Shown one piece after another: positions 1 through 9,975 of a stretch of DNA of 64,000 bases. This DNA is from a virus (Duplodnaviria; Caudoviricetes). Location: positions 30,807-94,806 of IMG/VR virus record IMGVR_UViG_3300012979_000031. One strand, given 5' to 3'. Under the pieces are notes generated by a model. The model ran no database searches. It was not told where the DNA came from and saw nothing but the letters and a program-made list of their open reading frames with translations. The position numbers and the translations under genes are program-made. Each line of letters starts with the position of its first letter. Within the stretch, counting starts at the first letter, position 1.

Positions 1-65
1 TCAAGTCAGGTATCTAATAAATTCTTTGAGTTGTAAAAACTCCTTAAGTAAAAAAGAATAAAAAT

Positions 66-110
66 AAAGAGGGAATCAATTACACATCTAGTAGTTGGTT
101 TCCTCTTTTT
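66..110 (+). terminator. Rho-independent terminator of the upstream (off-window) gene
   Basis: Hairpin AAAGAGGGAATCAATTAC / GTAGTTGGTTTCCTCTTT (with G-U pairs) followed by a T run. Confidence 0.7.
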
Positions 111-137
111 AATTTAAGATAATGATAATAATAATAC

Positions 138-365
138 ATGGCTAGATTTATTTTAAAACGTAAGATTTTCTTTGTTGGACTTGGAAACCTGGCCAACGCT
201 GCTACAGGTATGAAAGGTGCTCAACAATTAACTTCTGCTGGAAAAGCCTGGGAAGCAACTAAAGGAATAACTAAGTTAGGCATTGCTGGAACTGCTGTAG
301 CTGCTCCTATTATTGCTGCTAAAGGGGCGTATGATATTGCAACTGGAAAACCTTTAGAAAGTTAA
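138..365 (+). CDS. Small Gly/Ala-rich hydrophobic protein, KxF N-terminal motif family
   Basis: 75 aa, starts MARFILKRKIFF; hydrophobic GIAGTAVAAPIIAA segment. Confidence 0.75.
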   Translation: MARFILKRKIFFVGLGNLANAATGMKGAQQLTSAGKAWEATKGITKLGIAGTAVAAPIIAAKGAYDIATGKPLES

Positions 366-369
366 AAAG

Positions 370-948
370 ATGATTATAGTAAGACAAAAACAATTTGATG
401 AAGAAGAAAGTAGTACTGGTTCTAAAATTTTAAAAGGAACACTAGGAGTTGCTGGAACTGTTGGTGCTTTCTACGGTGCTCGAAAAGGTATGCTAGGTAA
501 TACTATTCAGATGGGAGCTAATAAACTCTACGGACAAGCTGGTGTTCAGTTGCAAAGACTAGGTAATACAGTTGCAGGTGGCTGGAAAGGAGGCGGTAAT
601 TTCCTTGCTAAACGTGGAAATAATATGGTAGAGTCTGCTTCTAAGGAATACGGAATCGCTAATGCACAGAAAAATTTAATCCAAGAGGGTATGAGCAAGG
701 ATCAAGTAGTCGGAGCAATTAATAAAGGTAAATCACAACTCAGAAATGATCTCTACAAAGATTATGGTGGTAGAAGTGGATTTAGAACACAACAGAATAA
801 TATAGACTATAAAAATATGTACGACTCCCAGAAAGCAATTAAGAAACCTGTAACCCCTACTCCTGTAACTAGTGGTGATTCTATAACTACAGCTAATAAC
901 CACGTACCTACAGTTGATCAATTAAAAGGTGGTTTAAGACTAGCATAA
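370..948 (+). CDS. Gly-rich protein, KxF N-terminal motif family
   Basis: 192 aa, starts MIIVRQKQF; GTLGVAGTVGAFYG segment. Confidence 0.8.
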   Translation: MIIVRQKQFDEEESSTGSKILKGTLGVAGTVGAFYGARKGMLGNTIQMGANKLYGQAGVQLQRLGNTVAGGWKGGGNFLAKRGNNMVESASKEYGIANAQKNLIQEGMSKDQVVGAINKGKSQLRNDLYKDYGGRSGFRTQQNNIDYKNMYDSQKAIKKPVTPTPVTSGDSITTANNHVPTVDQLKGGLRLA

Positions 949-959
949 AAATAATAATA

Positions 960-2033
960 ATGAAAGAGTTTATATATAGAGGTCTAGTATTAAGTACTAA
1001 CTGTAAATACTTTAATGTAGTGAAAGGCATTAGTGATTCAGTTGTTGAAGATAATACGACGTCTACATTAACTTTATCATTTACAGAAGGTAGTACAACA
1101 GACTCATTTTCGGAATTAACAGGTACACCTAAGATTGGAAAGTCACAGGAACTGGAACCTCTCGGAGTACCAATGAAACTTTCTGATCAAATATTAACAC
1201 TGAATGGCCTGAAGTTAAGAAAAAAGACTATAGATTCTCATGTGATTAATATAGTAATAGTTAGTGATTGTGAGTCTAGAGTAAGTCAAGATTACTGGCA
1301 TACAACTATAGTAGTTTCAAAGAATGATGCTAATAATCCAGAATTCGCCCAATACTTATTCTATTCTGGAAACTTAAAATTCTTACAACCAGTCGGACCT
1401 ATGCCAGATTGTTGGGAGATTAGAAACTTTCCAAAGATAATAATAGGAGATACTAGCTTAACATTAACATCAACCAGTACAGAGGTTTTTCAGCTTAGAA
1501 GGACTTATGATGATTATGTAATACGAGCCATAGACTATCAAGAACAAGCTATATCAGAGTTTAGAAGAATACTTGATGGATATGGATTAGAGCTAGTAAG
1601 ACAAAATAAAGAAACTACATTGAAAAAGACATCTTATGTAGTTTATCAGTTCTCTCAAACCCCAACTAAGATCAATCACCCATATTACGATGAAGTTGGT
1701 AGAAGAGTTATTTCACACAAGCTACCAGTCAACTTTTCATTACATACTACAGATATGGTTATGTTCTTTGATTTTAAAAATAAGTATACAAACCTAGATC
1801 TATTAACTAATTTCTGTGAGTATAAGACCTATGATAAGTATGGGAAAAGATGGACTGCTGCTATAAAATGGGGAGGAATCACAGAGGACTTTAATCATCA
1901 ATACCAATCAGATGATAATTCTAATTTTGCATTTCAGTGTCAGTTTATGTGTGAAATACATTTTTATGAAGTATTTGATGATAGATATGATGTGTTGAGA
2001 GAAATAGAACAATCGATTGAAGCAGAAGGATGA
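960..2033 (+). CDS. Hypothetical virion protein, possibly tail terminator/completion protein
   Basis: 357 aa ORF in the head-tail region; beta-rich C-terminal half; function inferred from position only. Confidence 0.45.
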   Translation: MKEFIYRGLVLSTNCKYFNVVKGISDSVVEDNTTSTLTLSFTEGSTTDSFSELTGTPKIGKSQELEPLGVPMKLSDQILTLNGLKLRKKTIDSHVINIVIVSDCESRVSQDYWHTTIVVSKNDANNPEFAQYLFYSGNLKFLQPVGPMPDCWEIRNFPKIIIGDTSLTLTSTSTEVFQLRRTYDDYVIRAIDYQEQAISEFRRILDGYGLELVRQNKETTLKKTSYVVYQFSQTPTKINHPYYDEVGRRVISHKLPVNFSLHTTDMVMFFDFKNKYTNLDLLTNFCEYKTYDKYGKRWTAAIKWGGITEDFNHQYQSDDNSNFAFQCQFMCEIHFYEVFDDRYDVLREIEQSIEAEG

Positions 2034-2401
2034 TTTCATTTAGACAGAAGAAAACTTTGATACAAAATATGATGCCAAAGGCGATGGAGTATCTAGAGGG
2101 AGAAAATATTCCATTTAACCGTATTAAGAAGGAGGATGCAGATAGAGTATCTTCTGTAAATAGTAAGGCAATGGTTCTTGTATCATTTATTAAGAACGAA
2201 CATGGAAATTATGAAATCCAAGTTCAAGATAAGAAGCTTTATAGTTACACAGTCAAGTTGCTCAAGGAAATCTTTAGAATGAATATTAAAGAAGTAGATG
2301 AGAAGAATAGAACTATAACTGCAGAATGTAACTATGAAGGAATTATACTAGATATTATAGATATACTAGGAAGAAAATATAATCTATCACTAGTTTGTTA
2401 A
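2030..2401 (+). CDS. Hypothetical protein, partial KxF motif
   Basis: 123 aa, starts MISFRQKK; ATGA overlap with the previous gene. Confidence 0.75.
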   Translation: MISFRQKKTLIQNMMPKAMEYLEGENIPFNRIKKEDADRVSSVNSKAMVLVSFIKNEHGNYEIQVQDKKLYSYTVKLLKEIFRMNIKEVDEKNRTITAECNYEGIILDIIDILGRKYNLSLVC

Positions 2402-2406
2402 ACCTT

Positions 2407-3084
2407 ATGATACAGTTTAGACAAAAAGAGTATACGGAACATGACGTTATGAGATTACTCTACGTCGAGCTTAAGAAAGATGGATTCTGGAGAGATCGAG
2501 TAAAGGTAATTAATAGAAGTTCAATAATTCCGGTACTCAGAGGAAATAATATTTTAATAGAGCGCTTTGTTATATCTACTAATTTATTTAGTAAAGATAA
2601 ATATAGATTATATATCAAGATTGGAGCACAAGCAAAATTACCTGATGAAGTTAGATTACCAGAGATTATACGACAAAGAAAAGTTCTAAATACAAAACTA
2701 AATTTTAGAGCTGCTGGTGGACCTTTCTTTCAGAATGAATTTAGCGAAACTGAAGAGGACATATTGTTACGTGAAAAGTTGTTTGGAAATAATAAGAAGA
2801 ATAAAGGCGGAAATAACAACAATAATAACAACGGTAACAATAATAATAATAGTCAGGCTGCATCTCCTTCTGTATATGCTGAGGTTTCAAATACTACACC
2901 TGGTGCTGATATTGAGTATGATATCAGATATCTCCTAGGTGAAGCCGTAAAGTATGATAAAAAAGACAGATCTTTGGTTCTTGAGTTTGACGGTCCTAAA
3001 GAGGATGCTATCAGAAGTATTAAAGAAGCTCTAAATATTCTCCCTTTCGGATTAGAATATAACATTTATTTACTAGATGTATGA
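2407..3084 (+). CDS. Hypothetical protein, KxF motif family, with Asn-rich linker
   Basis: ATG at 2407 gives MIQFRQKEY; internal REKLF followed by poly-Asn. Confidence 0.75.
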   Translation: MIQFRQKEYTEHDVMRLLYVELKKDGFWRDRVKVINRSSIIPVLRGNNILIERFVISTNLFSKDKYRLYIKIGAQAKLPDEVRLPEIIRQRKVLNTKLNFRAAGGPFFQNEFSETEEDILLREKLFGNNKKNKGGNNNNNNNGNNNNNSQAASPSVYAEVSNTTPGADIEYDIRYLLGEAVKYDKKDRSLVLEFDGPKEDAIRSIKEALNILPFGLEYNIYLLDV

Positions 3085-3320
3085 TGTTGACTTTAAAAAG
3101 AACTCTTCAAAATCCTATCAAGAAGAAACCGACTACTATGAATACTGGCGGAGGAATTGTTGGATTTAATAAAACTAGAAACTATGACCAGGATTTTAAT
3201 AGACTGGGGAAATTAGAGACTACACGCCAATTAAGTCAAGTAGGAGAGTTGCAGAAGGAAATGAAGAAGTTAAGTACGGAATTAAATGAGGGAAGAAGAG
3301 GAAAATGGCTAGATACATAA
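3081..3320 (+). CDS. Small basic hypothetical protein
   Basis: 79 aa, overlaps both neighbours; weak motif-like start MMLTLKR. Confidence 0.6.
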   Translation: MMLTLKRTLQNPIKKKPTTMNTGGGIVGFNKTRNYDQDFNRLGKLETTRQLSQVGELQKEMKKLSTELNEGRRGKWLDT

Positions 3321-3619
3321 TAAAAAGAAAATTAAAGCAGTTTGGTGTTATATCAGAAACTGGTGCGGGACTTGTTAATGGACTGGGAGCTGGTGTAGAG
3401 ACTGCGGGTGATGCTGTAAAAAGTAAAGCTGGACAAACTGCTGGTGGTATAGCTTCTGCAATGAATTTTGGAAGTGCTGTAGGTGGAATGTTAGGCGGAG
3501 GACCTTTAGGAATGTTAGCTGGTTATGCTGGTACTTATTTAGCAGGTAGAGCAGCAGCTAATGCAGTAGGAAGTGGTCTACAATCTATGGGTCAGAGCAT
3601 GCAAAATGTTCAGGGTTAA
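3305..3619 (+). CDS. Glycine-zipper protein, KxF motif family
   Basis: Starts MARYIIKRKLKQF; GSAVGGMLGGGPLGMLAG GxxxG repeats. Confidence 0.8.
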   Translation: MARYIIKRKLKQFGVISETGAGLVNGLGAGVETAGDAVKSKAGQTAGGIASAMNFGSAVGGMLGGGPLGMLAGYAGTYLAGRAAANAVGSGLQSMGQSMQNVQG

Positions 3620-3624
3620 AGGTT

Positions 3625-4707
3625 ATGATAAAATTTAGAGAAAAGATATTTTTTGTTCAAGGATTAATGGCAGTAGGCTCAATAGCATCTCTTCCTATGA
3701 TGGCAATGCAGATGTCTCAAGGTTCTGAACAAGCTGAAATGGCAGAAAAACAAAATGCCGAAAACATAAAAGCCATGAACTCTCAAACAGCAGCCATTAA
3801 CCGTCTTGCTAAAGCTAATCCAGGAATGGGAACTCAGGTAGGACAGATTAAGGCAGGTAGATTCAGTGATACTAAGGAGGTAGGTAGAAGAAAATTATTT
3901 GCTGCCGCTGGAGGAATGGGAGTATTATCTAAGTCATGGCAAACTGCTAAAAATCTATGGAAAGAGAACCCAAAGATAGCAGAACAGGTTAAGATGGGTG
4001 TTGGTATTGGTGCAACACTAGGAGCTGGAAAGTATATTGTCGGAAAGATGATCTCTAATGATGCTAAGAATAGTGGAATTGACTTGAACGCTGCTACACA
4101 AATGAATAAGGATATGCAACAAAAGGCTTATTCAGCAGAAGTAGTTAATCAAGTAGCACAACAGGGAGCCGAGAATACAACACAAAAGACCGCTGGTAAT
4201 TTTCTAGGTAAGGCTAAGAAATTTGCTGGAGGACAGTTACTTAATGTTGGTTTTGCCGGATTTGAAGGAGTTAGTAATTGGGGAACTTGGAAAGCTGAGA
4301 AAGAAGCATTACAAGGTATGACTAGACAGACTAATTCATTTCAGAGACAGAAGGCTTACTCTATACTACAGAAAGAGTTTGGCGTAGGAACATTCTTTGC
4401 CAGAGCTGCTAAAAAGACTACTAATGGACTTGGTAGTTTCTTAGGTGTAGGTAACTCAAAGACAATGGCAAATGTAGGTAAGAAGTTGAGTAAGACTGCT
4501 GGAGAAAATAATATTCAGAAAACTGTTGGAGATTTCATGACTAACCATAAGTATGCATCTACAGCCCTAGGTGTTGGAGCTGGTATTGGTGTTGCTTTTC
4601 CATTAGGTGAGAAGATTGGTAGTACGGCTGTTGAAGTTCCTACTAAAGCCATGGATAAGAGTGCATATGATTGGGAAAATTATCAAAATTCAAAAGTACA
4701 GTCGTAA
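3625..4707 (+). CDS. Gly/Ala-rich multi-segment protein with repeated KxF/Y motifs
   Basis: Starts MIKFREKIFF; internal RRKLF, QQKAYS, RQKAYS and LQKEF. Confidence 0.8.
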   Translation: MIKFREKIFFVQGLMAVGSIASLPMMAMQMSQGSEQAEMAEKQNAENIKAMNSQTAAINRLAKANPGMGTQVGQIKAGRFSDTKEVGRRKLFAAAGGMGVLSKSWQTAKNLWKENPKIAEQVKMGVGIGATLGAGKYIVGKMISNDAKNSGIDLNAATQMNKDMQQKAYSAEVVNQVAQQGAENTTQKTAGNFLGKAKKFAGGQLLNVGFAGFEGVSNWGTWKAEKEALQGMTRQTNSFQRQKAYSILQKEFGVGTFFARAAKKTTNGLGSFLGVGNSKTMANVGKKLSKTAGENNIQKTVGDFMTNHKYASTALGVGAGIGVAFPLGEKIGSTAVEVPTKAMDKSAYDWENYQNSKVQS

Positions 4708-5138
4708 TGGGAAGATTTATATTGAAGAGAAAACTTTATACTGTTTATGATGAGACTGATTCACTAAAGAGAATGAAGGACTCAGATATACTAGCACAAC
4801 AGAAAAAGGAAGCCCCCGGTCTAGGTAATGTAGCTCAATCGGCAATTACTGGAGCGGTAGCAGGTGCAGGAGCTCTGGGAGTAGCTGGAACTATCAAGAA
4901 TACAGTCAACGGTGGAGGTTTCAAAGGTGCATGGAAAGGATTTAAAGGTGGAGCTGGAACAGGTGCAATCTTAGGTGGACTAGGAGCTGGAGCTTACGCA
5001 ATGTACAAGAGAAGTAAACAGGTTGAGGATAATAGTTTCTACAATAAAAGACTTGATTATGCAAAGAAACAAGCTTTACGTAGAGAGAAGATTGATTGGA
5101 AAAATAATATGACCCAGCGTGATGGGTATTCTTATTAA
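4707..5138 (+). CDS. Glycine-zipper protein, KxF motif family
   Basis: ATG overlapping the upstream TAA (TAATG) gives MGRFILKRKLY; two GxxxG-rich hydrophobic segments. Confidence 0.8.
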   Translation: MGRFILKRKLYTVYDETDSLKRMKDSDILAQQKKEAPGLGNVAQSAITGAVAGAGALGVAGTIKNTVNGGGFKGAWKGFKGGAGTGAILGGLGAGAYAMYKRSKQVEDNSFYNKRLDYAKKQALRREKIDWKNNMTQRDGYSY

Positions 5139-5146
5139 TTTATAAA

Positions 5147-5878
5147 ATGGTTAAATTTAGATTAAAGAACTTTTCTATTCAGGATGGCGGATATAAAGGC
5201 GGAAAGTATCAACCAGTAAAAGCTAACTATGCTAAAGGTGCAGGTTTAGGAGCTAGTGTTGGTGCCATTGCAGGAGTTTTGAGTGGAATGAACAAAGGAA
5301 ATACAGTTGGAGGAGCAGCTCTTGGTTTAGCGGCTGGAGCAGGTATTGGAGCATTTATATCATGGATGAGAGAGAAGTGTGATCAGTCAATTTTTAATAG
5401 AGGAGAGGCTATTAGTGCTAACTCTTTCACCTTAATGCAGATACTTGAGGATAACTATACAAACTATGATCCAGATAATGAGGAGATTAATGTATCAAGA
5501 ACTCAGACAGATGATCAAGGAAATACTGTAACTGTAGCAAAGAAAACTACTAGATCAAATAAAACAGGTGTTGTAGCTAAAGGTAGTTTGTATACAGTAA
5601 ACCAAGATCCGAATAAATGTACAATATCTGCTTACTATAGTGCGGGAGTTCTAGTACTTTATGTTAATCGTCCGAAGAATCATGAGCTTAGTTTCTTGAA
5701 TAAAATATTAGATAAGTATTGCTATAGCTACAAGAATGCGGATTATACAGCAACACAAATTAGAAATAATGTATATGAAGTAGAGGTAGCTATTGTGGCT
5801 GGAACTGAAACTGATATTTGTGAACAGCTAGTTGATTCTGGTTTCTGTTTGAACATTATGACTACTAATAAATTCTAA
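5147..5878 (+). CDS. Glycine zipper plus alpha/beta domain protein, KxF motif family
   Basis: Starts MVKFRLKNFS; GAGLGASVGAIAG; resembles the N-terminal half of 11098..12369. Confidence 0.8.
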   Translation: MVKFRLKNFSIQDGGYKGGKYQPVKANYAKGAGLGASVGAIAGVLSGMNKGNTVGGAALGLAAGAGIGAFISWMREKCDQSIFNRGEAISANSFTLMQILEDNYTNYDPDNEEINVSRTQTDDQGNTVTVAKKTTRSNKTGVVAKGSLYTVNQDPNKCTISAYYSAGVLVLYVNRPKNHELSFLNKILDKYCYSYKNADYTATQIRNNVYEVEVAIVAGTETDICEQLVDSGFCLNIMTTNKF

Positions 5879-5881
5879 CTT

Positions 5882-6166
5882 ATGTTAATACTTAGACAAA
5901 GAAGTTTCGGAAGGAAAGAACAGATTGGAAAATTCTTGAAAGAGTCTCCAGTGATGCCAGCTACTGCATTAGGTCTAAGTGCTACTAGTGTTTATTTATC
6001 AGCTACTCGAAACAAACAGCTAAAAGAACAGAATCAGAAACAACTTGAAGCTTTGAAAGACTTGACTAGATCACTAAATAAAGTTGACAGAACAATATCT
6101 AGTGCTAGCAATGATAACCTAGAAGAAGCTGCTAAAAATAAGAAACGTAAATATTCTATATTTTAA
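5882..6166 (+). CDS. Small protein with hydrophobic segment and coiled coil, KxF-like motif
   Basis: Starts MLILRQRSFG. Confidence 0.75.
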   Translation: MLILRQRSFGRKEQIGKFLKESPVMPATALGLSATSVYLSATRNKQLKEQNQKQLEALKDLTRSLNKVDRTISSASNDNLEEAAKNKKRKYSIF

Positions 6167-6811
6167 ATGATAAAGTTTAGACAAAAAGATTTCGGATTTA
6201 CTGATTCTGCTATTAGTGGTAGTGTAGCAGGTTGGCACTTAGGAGGTGCTGTAGGTGGATTAACTAGACTAGATGCTCCTGCAAAGTTGTTAGGAATGTC
6301 TAAAGGCCTAGAAGGTTATGGACCCGGACAGAGGATGCTTGCGGGAGCTATTACTGGTGCTGTCATTGGTGCATCTCTTGGAATTCTTGCAGAGGGGATC
6401 AAGAAAATCTCTACTAATATAAACAGAAGAAATACAGTAGATAATAGACTGTTAAAAGTTGTTGTTGAAAATCTTCAGAAACAAGGATTCAAAGAAGGAG
6501 AAAAGTTCACAAGAGATCCAAAAACAGCTAGTGAGTTAAGAATAAAGATCTGTATTTCTGTAGCTAGAGTTAATGGTGATCTTAGGCTTCTTGTAAATAC
6601 TATTAAGGATCCTAAGTTGAAAGATTTATCTGAAACTATGATATCTCGTCTACCTAATTCTAGTGTAGTGAGACAGGACATGAAAGATAAGTTTAATGAG
6701 ATATCAATCACTTCTATTTCAGATTCTTCAGCGGATTCTGGATTAATTACTGGAATTGCTGAGTACTTTATAAGAAATGGTTATCCAGTATACTTAGTAG
6801 AAGTGGGTTAA
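6167..6811 (+). CDS. Glycine zipper plus alpha/beta domain protein, KxF motif family
   Basis: Starts MIKFRQKDFG; GAITGAVIGASLG; resembles the C-terminal half of 11098..12369. Confidence 0.8.
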   Translation: MIKFRQKDFGFTDSAISGSVAGWHLGGAVGGLTRLDAPAKLLGMSKGLEGYGPGQRMLAGAITGAVIGASLGILAEGIKKISTNINRRNTVDNRLLKVVVENLQKQGFKEGEKFTRDPKTASELRIKICISVARVNGDLRLLVNTIKDPKLKDLSETMISRLPNSSVVRQDMKDKFNEISITSISDSSADSGLITGIAEYFIRNGYPVYLVEVG

Positions 6812-6839
6812 AATAAACAAATAAATATTTTAAAATAAT

Positions 6840-9185
6840 ATGGCACAATGGAATGAAACTCTTGAGCCTTATATTAAAGTTCAGGAGGAAGTTAAAACCG
6901 CTACTCTAAATCCAACTACAGGTGAGGATTTAATTGTTGGATGTGTTATTTTCGCAGATGCAGGTCCTTCCGTTCCTACACTAATTAGAGGTCAGAAGGA
7001 GTTTAAGTCAGTTTTTGCATCACAAGAAATTACTGAAGATTATATAAACAGCCTGAATAAACTATATGATTGCGGTGAGAAGGGAGATAAAACACTTCCA
7101 AGTACACTCTGGACTAATGCTTACCGCCTGGCTGGATCTAATACATTACTAGTTGTTCGTGCTGGTAAAAGTAAAGGAGTTAATTTTGTAAAGTCGGTAG
7201 AGAAGAATGATTTTAGTACATATCTTCTTAAGGACGGTGCAGTATTGAAGAAAGTAGAACCATTTAAGATTGTTGTAGATTTCGATGGAGACTCAGCTGC
7301 TCATTCTACAGATGGTTGGTCAGTTAATATTGAAGGTGTAGGTATCATTGGTAATAGAGTAACAGATAATGGTTCTCAATATGATATTCCTGCTAATAAC
7401 CTTCCAGAACTAGTAAAGATTCTTAATGAAACTTCTGTATTCTTCTCTCCATCATACAAGTTCTATTCAGATGTTGAAGCTACAGATGCTAATGAGGTTC
7501 CAGCAAGTTCTAGTGAGATTCGTTCTGTAAAATTTGATGAAGTATATCTTGCTAATACTATTCTAGATACAACAGATGAAAGATGCCCTAACGGAACTTG
7601 TTATCTTGTATTCTGTGAGCCTGATTTCAATGAGCCAGATCAGCAAGTTATTAATGAGTTCTTACAAAATAAATCAGGTTTACTAGATGCGAATACAATA
7701 GCTAATTTCGATGCCCCAGAGTTTTATGCAATCAATAATTATAATACTGCTTCAGAACTTAGAGTTAGAATTCGTAGATTTAATCATGATGCAGTAAATA
7801 CTAATAACATTGGTACATTAACTCAGCTTACTTCTACAGGTCCTTCAGCAGTTGTTCCAGTGAAGGAGGTTCTAGATACATTTACTAAGGGAGGTACATC
7901 AGAGGTTAGTGATTCAGTTAAGAAAAGAGATTTCTTCGAAGTAGCTATCTATGACCCTTCTATATCTAGTGAGGTATTATTCTTCAACATTGGTAACATT
8001 AGCGGTCGTGGAGATGTAACAGTTGATGAGTTTAATAGCCAGATGAGCATGATTGGATTCAACTTACCTAAGGATCTTCATGACTTGGATCTAAACTACT
8101 CTGGATATGATGCGGATGAGGCTACTTGGGAACTTCTTGTTGATGGACTACCTGCAGGAAAACAAGCTAGTTTCGTTAAGTCAAGCTTTGAGGAACTAAA
8201 TAAGGTAGATAAGACTACTTGGATTGTTGGCGAGACTATTGCTTACGTTGATGGAAATTACTACCTATACGTAACTAATGGTGAGGATCAGATTTACTGT
8301 GACCTTAAGATTGATCCAACAGTTTATAAGATTCTAATGGCTAATGATACTGATCTATTGAATGCTGTTGATCTACTAGAGGAGGATGAGGTTTATGTTA
8401 CAGAAGGTTTGTCAGATCTTGGAAATACTAACGCTTCATTCCAATCTTATGCAGCAAACTTAGCAATCAATGGAAACTACTTCTACCCTATTAGTACTGT
8501 AAACTCTACTAACTACATGACTATTGGCAACTCTATTTCTAAGATTAGCCAGAACTCTTACAAACTATATGCATCTTCTCCTTGGGATCTTGACACTAGT
8601 ACTCTTGGATGGCCTTGTTACATTTCTCCTAGTGTTCTTTATTGGGAGGCTGTATCAAGAAATCGTAGAAATAATGAAGAGTTCCGTGGAGTTCTTGGTC
8701 AGCAGGGTGGTTTAGTTCAGTATCAGTCTCCTGTAGTTGAGTTTAATAAGAAGACTAGACAGCTACTATTAACAAAGAAAGTAAATACAGCTACATGGGA
8801 TATTCAGACAAGCAGCTGGATAATGAATGATAACTATACTAAGCAGTCTGAAAATACAATTCTTAGTGATGATGGAAATTCAAGACTACATCTAAGAATC
8901 TCAAAATCTATTCCAGTAATTCTAAAGCAGTTTATTGGAAGAAAGATTACAGATAAGTTGTGTGATGATATTGAGTATACTATCAAATACTTCTTCCAGA
9001 CTACAATTCAAAGTTACTCATATACTGTAGATGATTATCAAGTATTCTGTGACTATGATGAAGCTTTGGCACGTCAGAATAAAGTAAAGGTAGTTATTAA
9101 TGTAAGATATCATAGAACAGCTAAGTATATCAATGTAATTAACAGAGCATTCGATGTTGGTATGAGTATCGATTCTGCAGAGTAA
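6840..9185 (+). CDS. Contractile tail sheath protein
   Basis: 781 aa; sheath-like N-terminus (EPYIKVQE...GPSVPTLIRGQKEFKSVF...LLVVRA) and C-terminus (RLHLRISKSI...FIG...NKVKVVINVRYHRTAKYINV). Confidence 0.85.
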   Translation: MAQWNETLEPYIKVQEEVKTATLNPTTGEDLIVGCVIFADAGPSVPTLIRGQKEFKSVFASQEITEDYINSLNKLYDCGEKGDKTLPSTLWTNAYRLAGSNTLLVVRAGKSKGVNFVKSVEKNDFSTYLLKDGAVLKKVEPFKIVVDFDGDSAAHSTDGWSVNIEGVGIIGNRVTDNGSQYDIPANNLPELVKILNETSVFFSPSYKFYSDVEATDANEVPASSSEIRSVKFDEVYLANTILDTTDERCPNGTCYLVFCEPDFNEPDQQVINEFLQNKSGLLDANTIANFDAPEFYAINNYNTASELRVRIRRFNHDAVNTNNIGTLTQLTSTGPSAVVPVKEVLDTFTKGGTSEVSDSVKKRDFFEVAIYDPSISSEVLFFNIGNISGRGDVTVDEFNSQMSMIGFNLPKDLHDLDLNYSGYDADEATWELLVDGLPAGKQASFVKSSFEELNKVDKTTWIVGETIAYVDGNYYLYVTNGEDQIYCDLKIDPTVYKILMANDTDLLNAVDLLEEDEVYVTEGLSDLGNTNASFQSYAANLAINGNYFYPISTVNSTNYMTIGNSISKISQNSYKLYASSPWDLDTSTLGWPCYISPSVLYWEAVSRNRRNNEEFRGVLGQQGGLVQYQSPVVEFNKKTRQLLLTKKVNTATWDIQTSSWIMNDNYTKQSENTILSDDGNSRLHLRISKSIPVILKQFIGRKITDKLCDDIEYTIKYFFQTTIQSYSYTVDDYQVFCDYDEALARQNKVKVVINVRYHRTAKYINVINRAFDVGMSIDSAE

Positions 9186-9193
9186 TAAAAGAT

Positions 9194-9228
9194 AAGAGAG
9201 GGACGTAAAAATCCTTCTCTTCTTTATT
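9194..9228 (+). terminator. Terminator after sheath gene
   Basis: AAGAGAGGGA-N8-TCCTTCTCTT hairpin plus T-rich tail. Confidence 0.7.
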
Positions 9229-9243
9229 AAACTTTTAGAAATT

Positions 9244-9975
9244 ATGGAGAAAACATTATTAACTGACCTTAAGAAAAAAATATTTATAAGATCTGCCTTA
9301 ATAGCTGTAGGTTCGCTAGATGAGATACTAGGGATGAATGATTACTTGTCGGCTGATGAAATCTTACTAGAAATTATAAAAGAAGCTTTAAGAGAATTTG
9401 AAGAGACTAATCCACTAATTCTTGAGATGAAACTAAACAAGGAACAGATGTCAACTTGTTATGGTATGGAAGGATTCTATGAGATTAAGTCAAACTTCAC
9501 TTTATTCCTAGACTGTATGATTTCAGAGGATCAGATAGTACTTGTCCCTAATAGTATGCCAATGTGGAGAAACCTAGGCTCTTATCCAGTAGCAGGTGGT
9601 TATAGTTATTTCTCAGAGTATAGAAGACCTTACATATTCTTAGGTGATCTACCCTCGAATGATCAATTTTATCTGAGAGGAATATGTAGTAGACCTATTA
9701 TTCCAGATTTTTTACCGGACAAAACTTTCAACCCAGAGAGCAATAAAGCAGCAATATACTGGATGAATATTGAAGAAGGTGCTAGAGCTAATTATTTCCT
9801 AGATCTATGTTTATGCCACTTACTTGATTATATTCGCCAGCTTAAATCTAGTGTACAATTACCAGGAATGTCTATAGATGTTTTTGGTAACGTAGATTCT
9901 GCTTATCAAGAACTTAGAGCTAGAGCTGATCAGGAAAGATTACAATCGGGTTGGTATGGAGATTTATTAATATGA
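9244..9975 (+). CDS. Putative neck / head-tail adaptor protein
   Basis: 243 aa; helical N- and C-termini around a beta core, with C-terminal QLPGMSIDV...ELRARA like myovirus neck proteins; position supports. Confidence 0.5.
   Translation: MEKTLLTDLKKKIFIRSALIAVGSLDEILGMNDYLSADEILLEIIKEALREFEETNPLILEMKLNKEQMSTCYGMEGFYEIKSNFTLFLDCMISEDQIVLVPNSMPMWRNLGSYPVAGGYSYFSEYRRPYIFLGDLPSNDQFYLRGICSRPIIPDFLPDKTFNPESNKAAIYWMNIEEGARANYFLDLCLCHLLDYIRQLKSSVQLPGMSIDVFGNVDSAYQELRARADQERLQSGWYGDLLI

Noticed and set aside
1-20. 3' end of an upstream gene (..KSGI stop), possibly the major capsid gene
   Set aside because: Only four codons are visible, so identity cannot be supported
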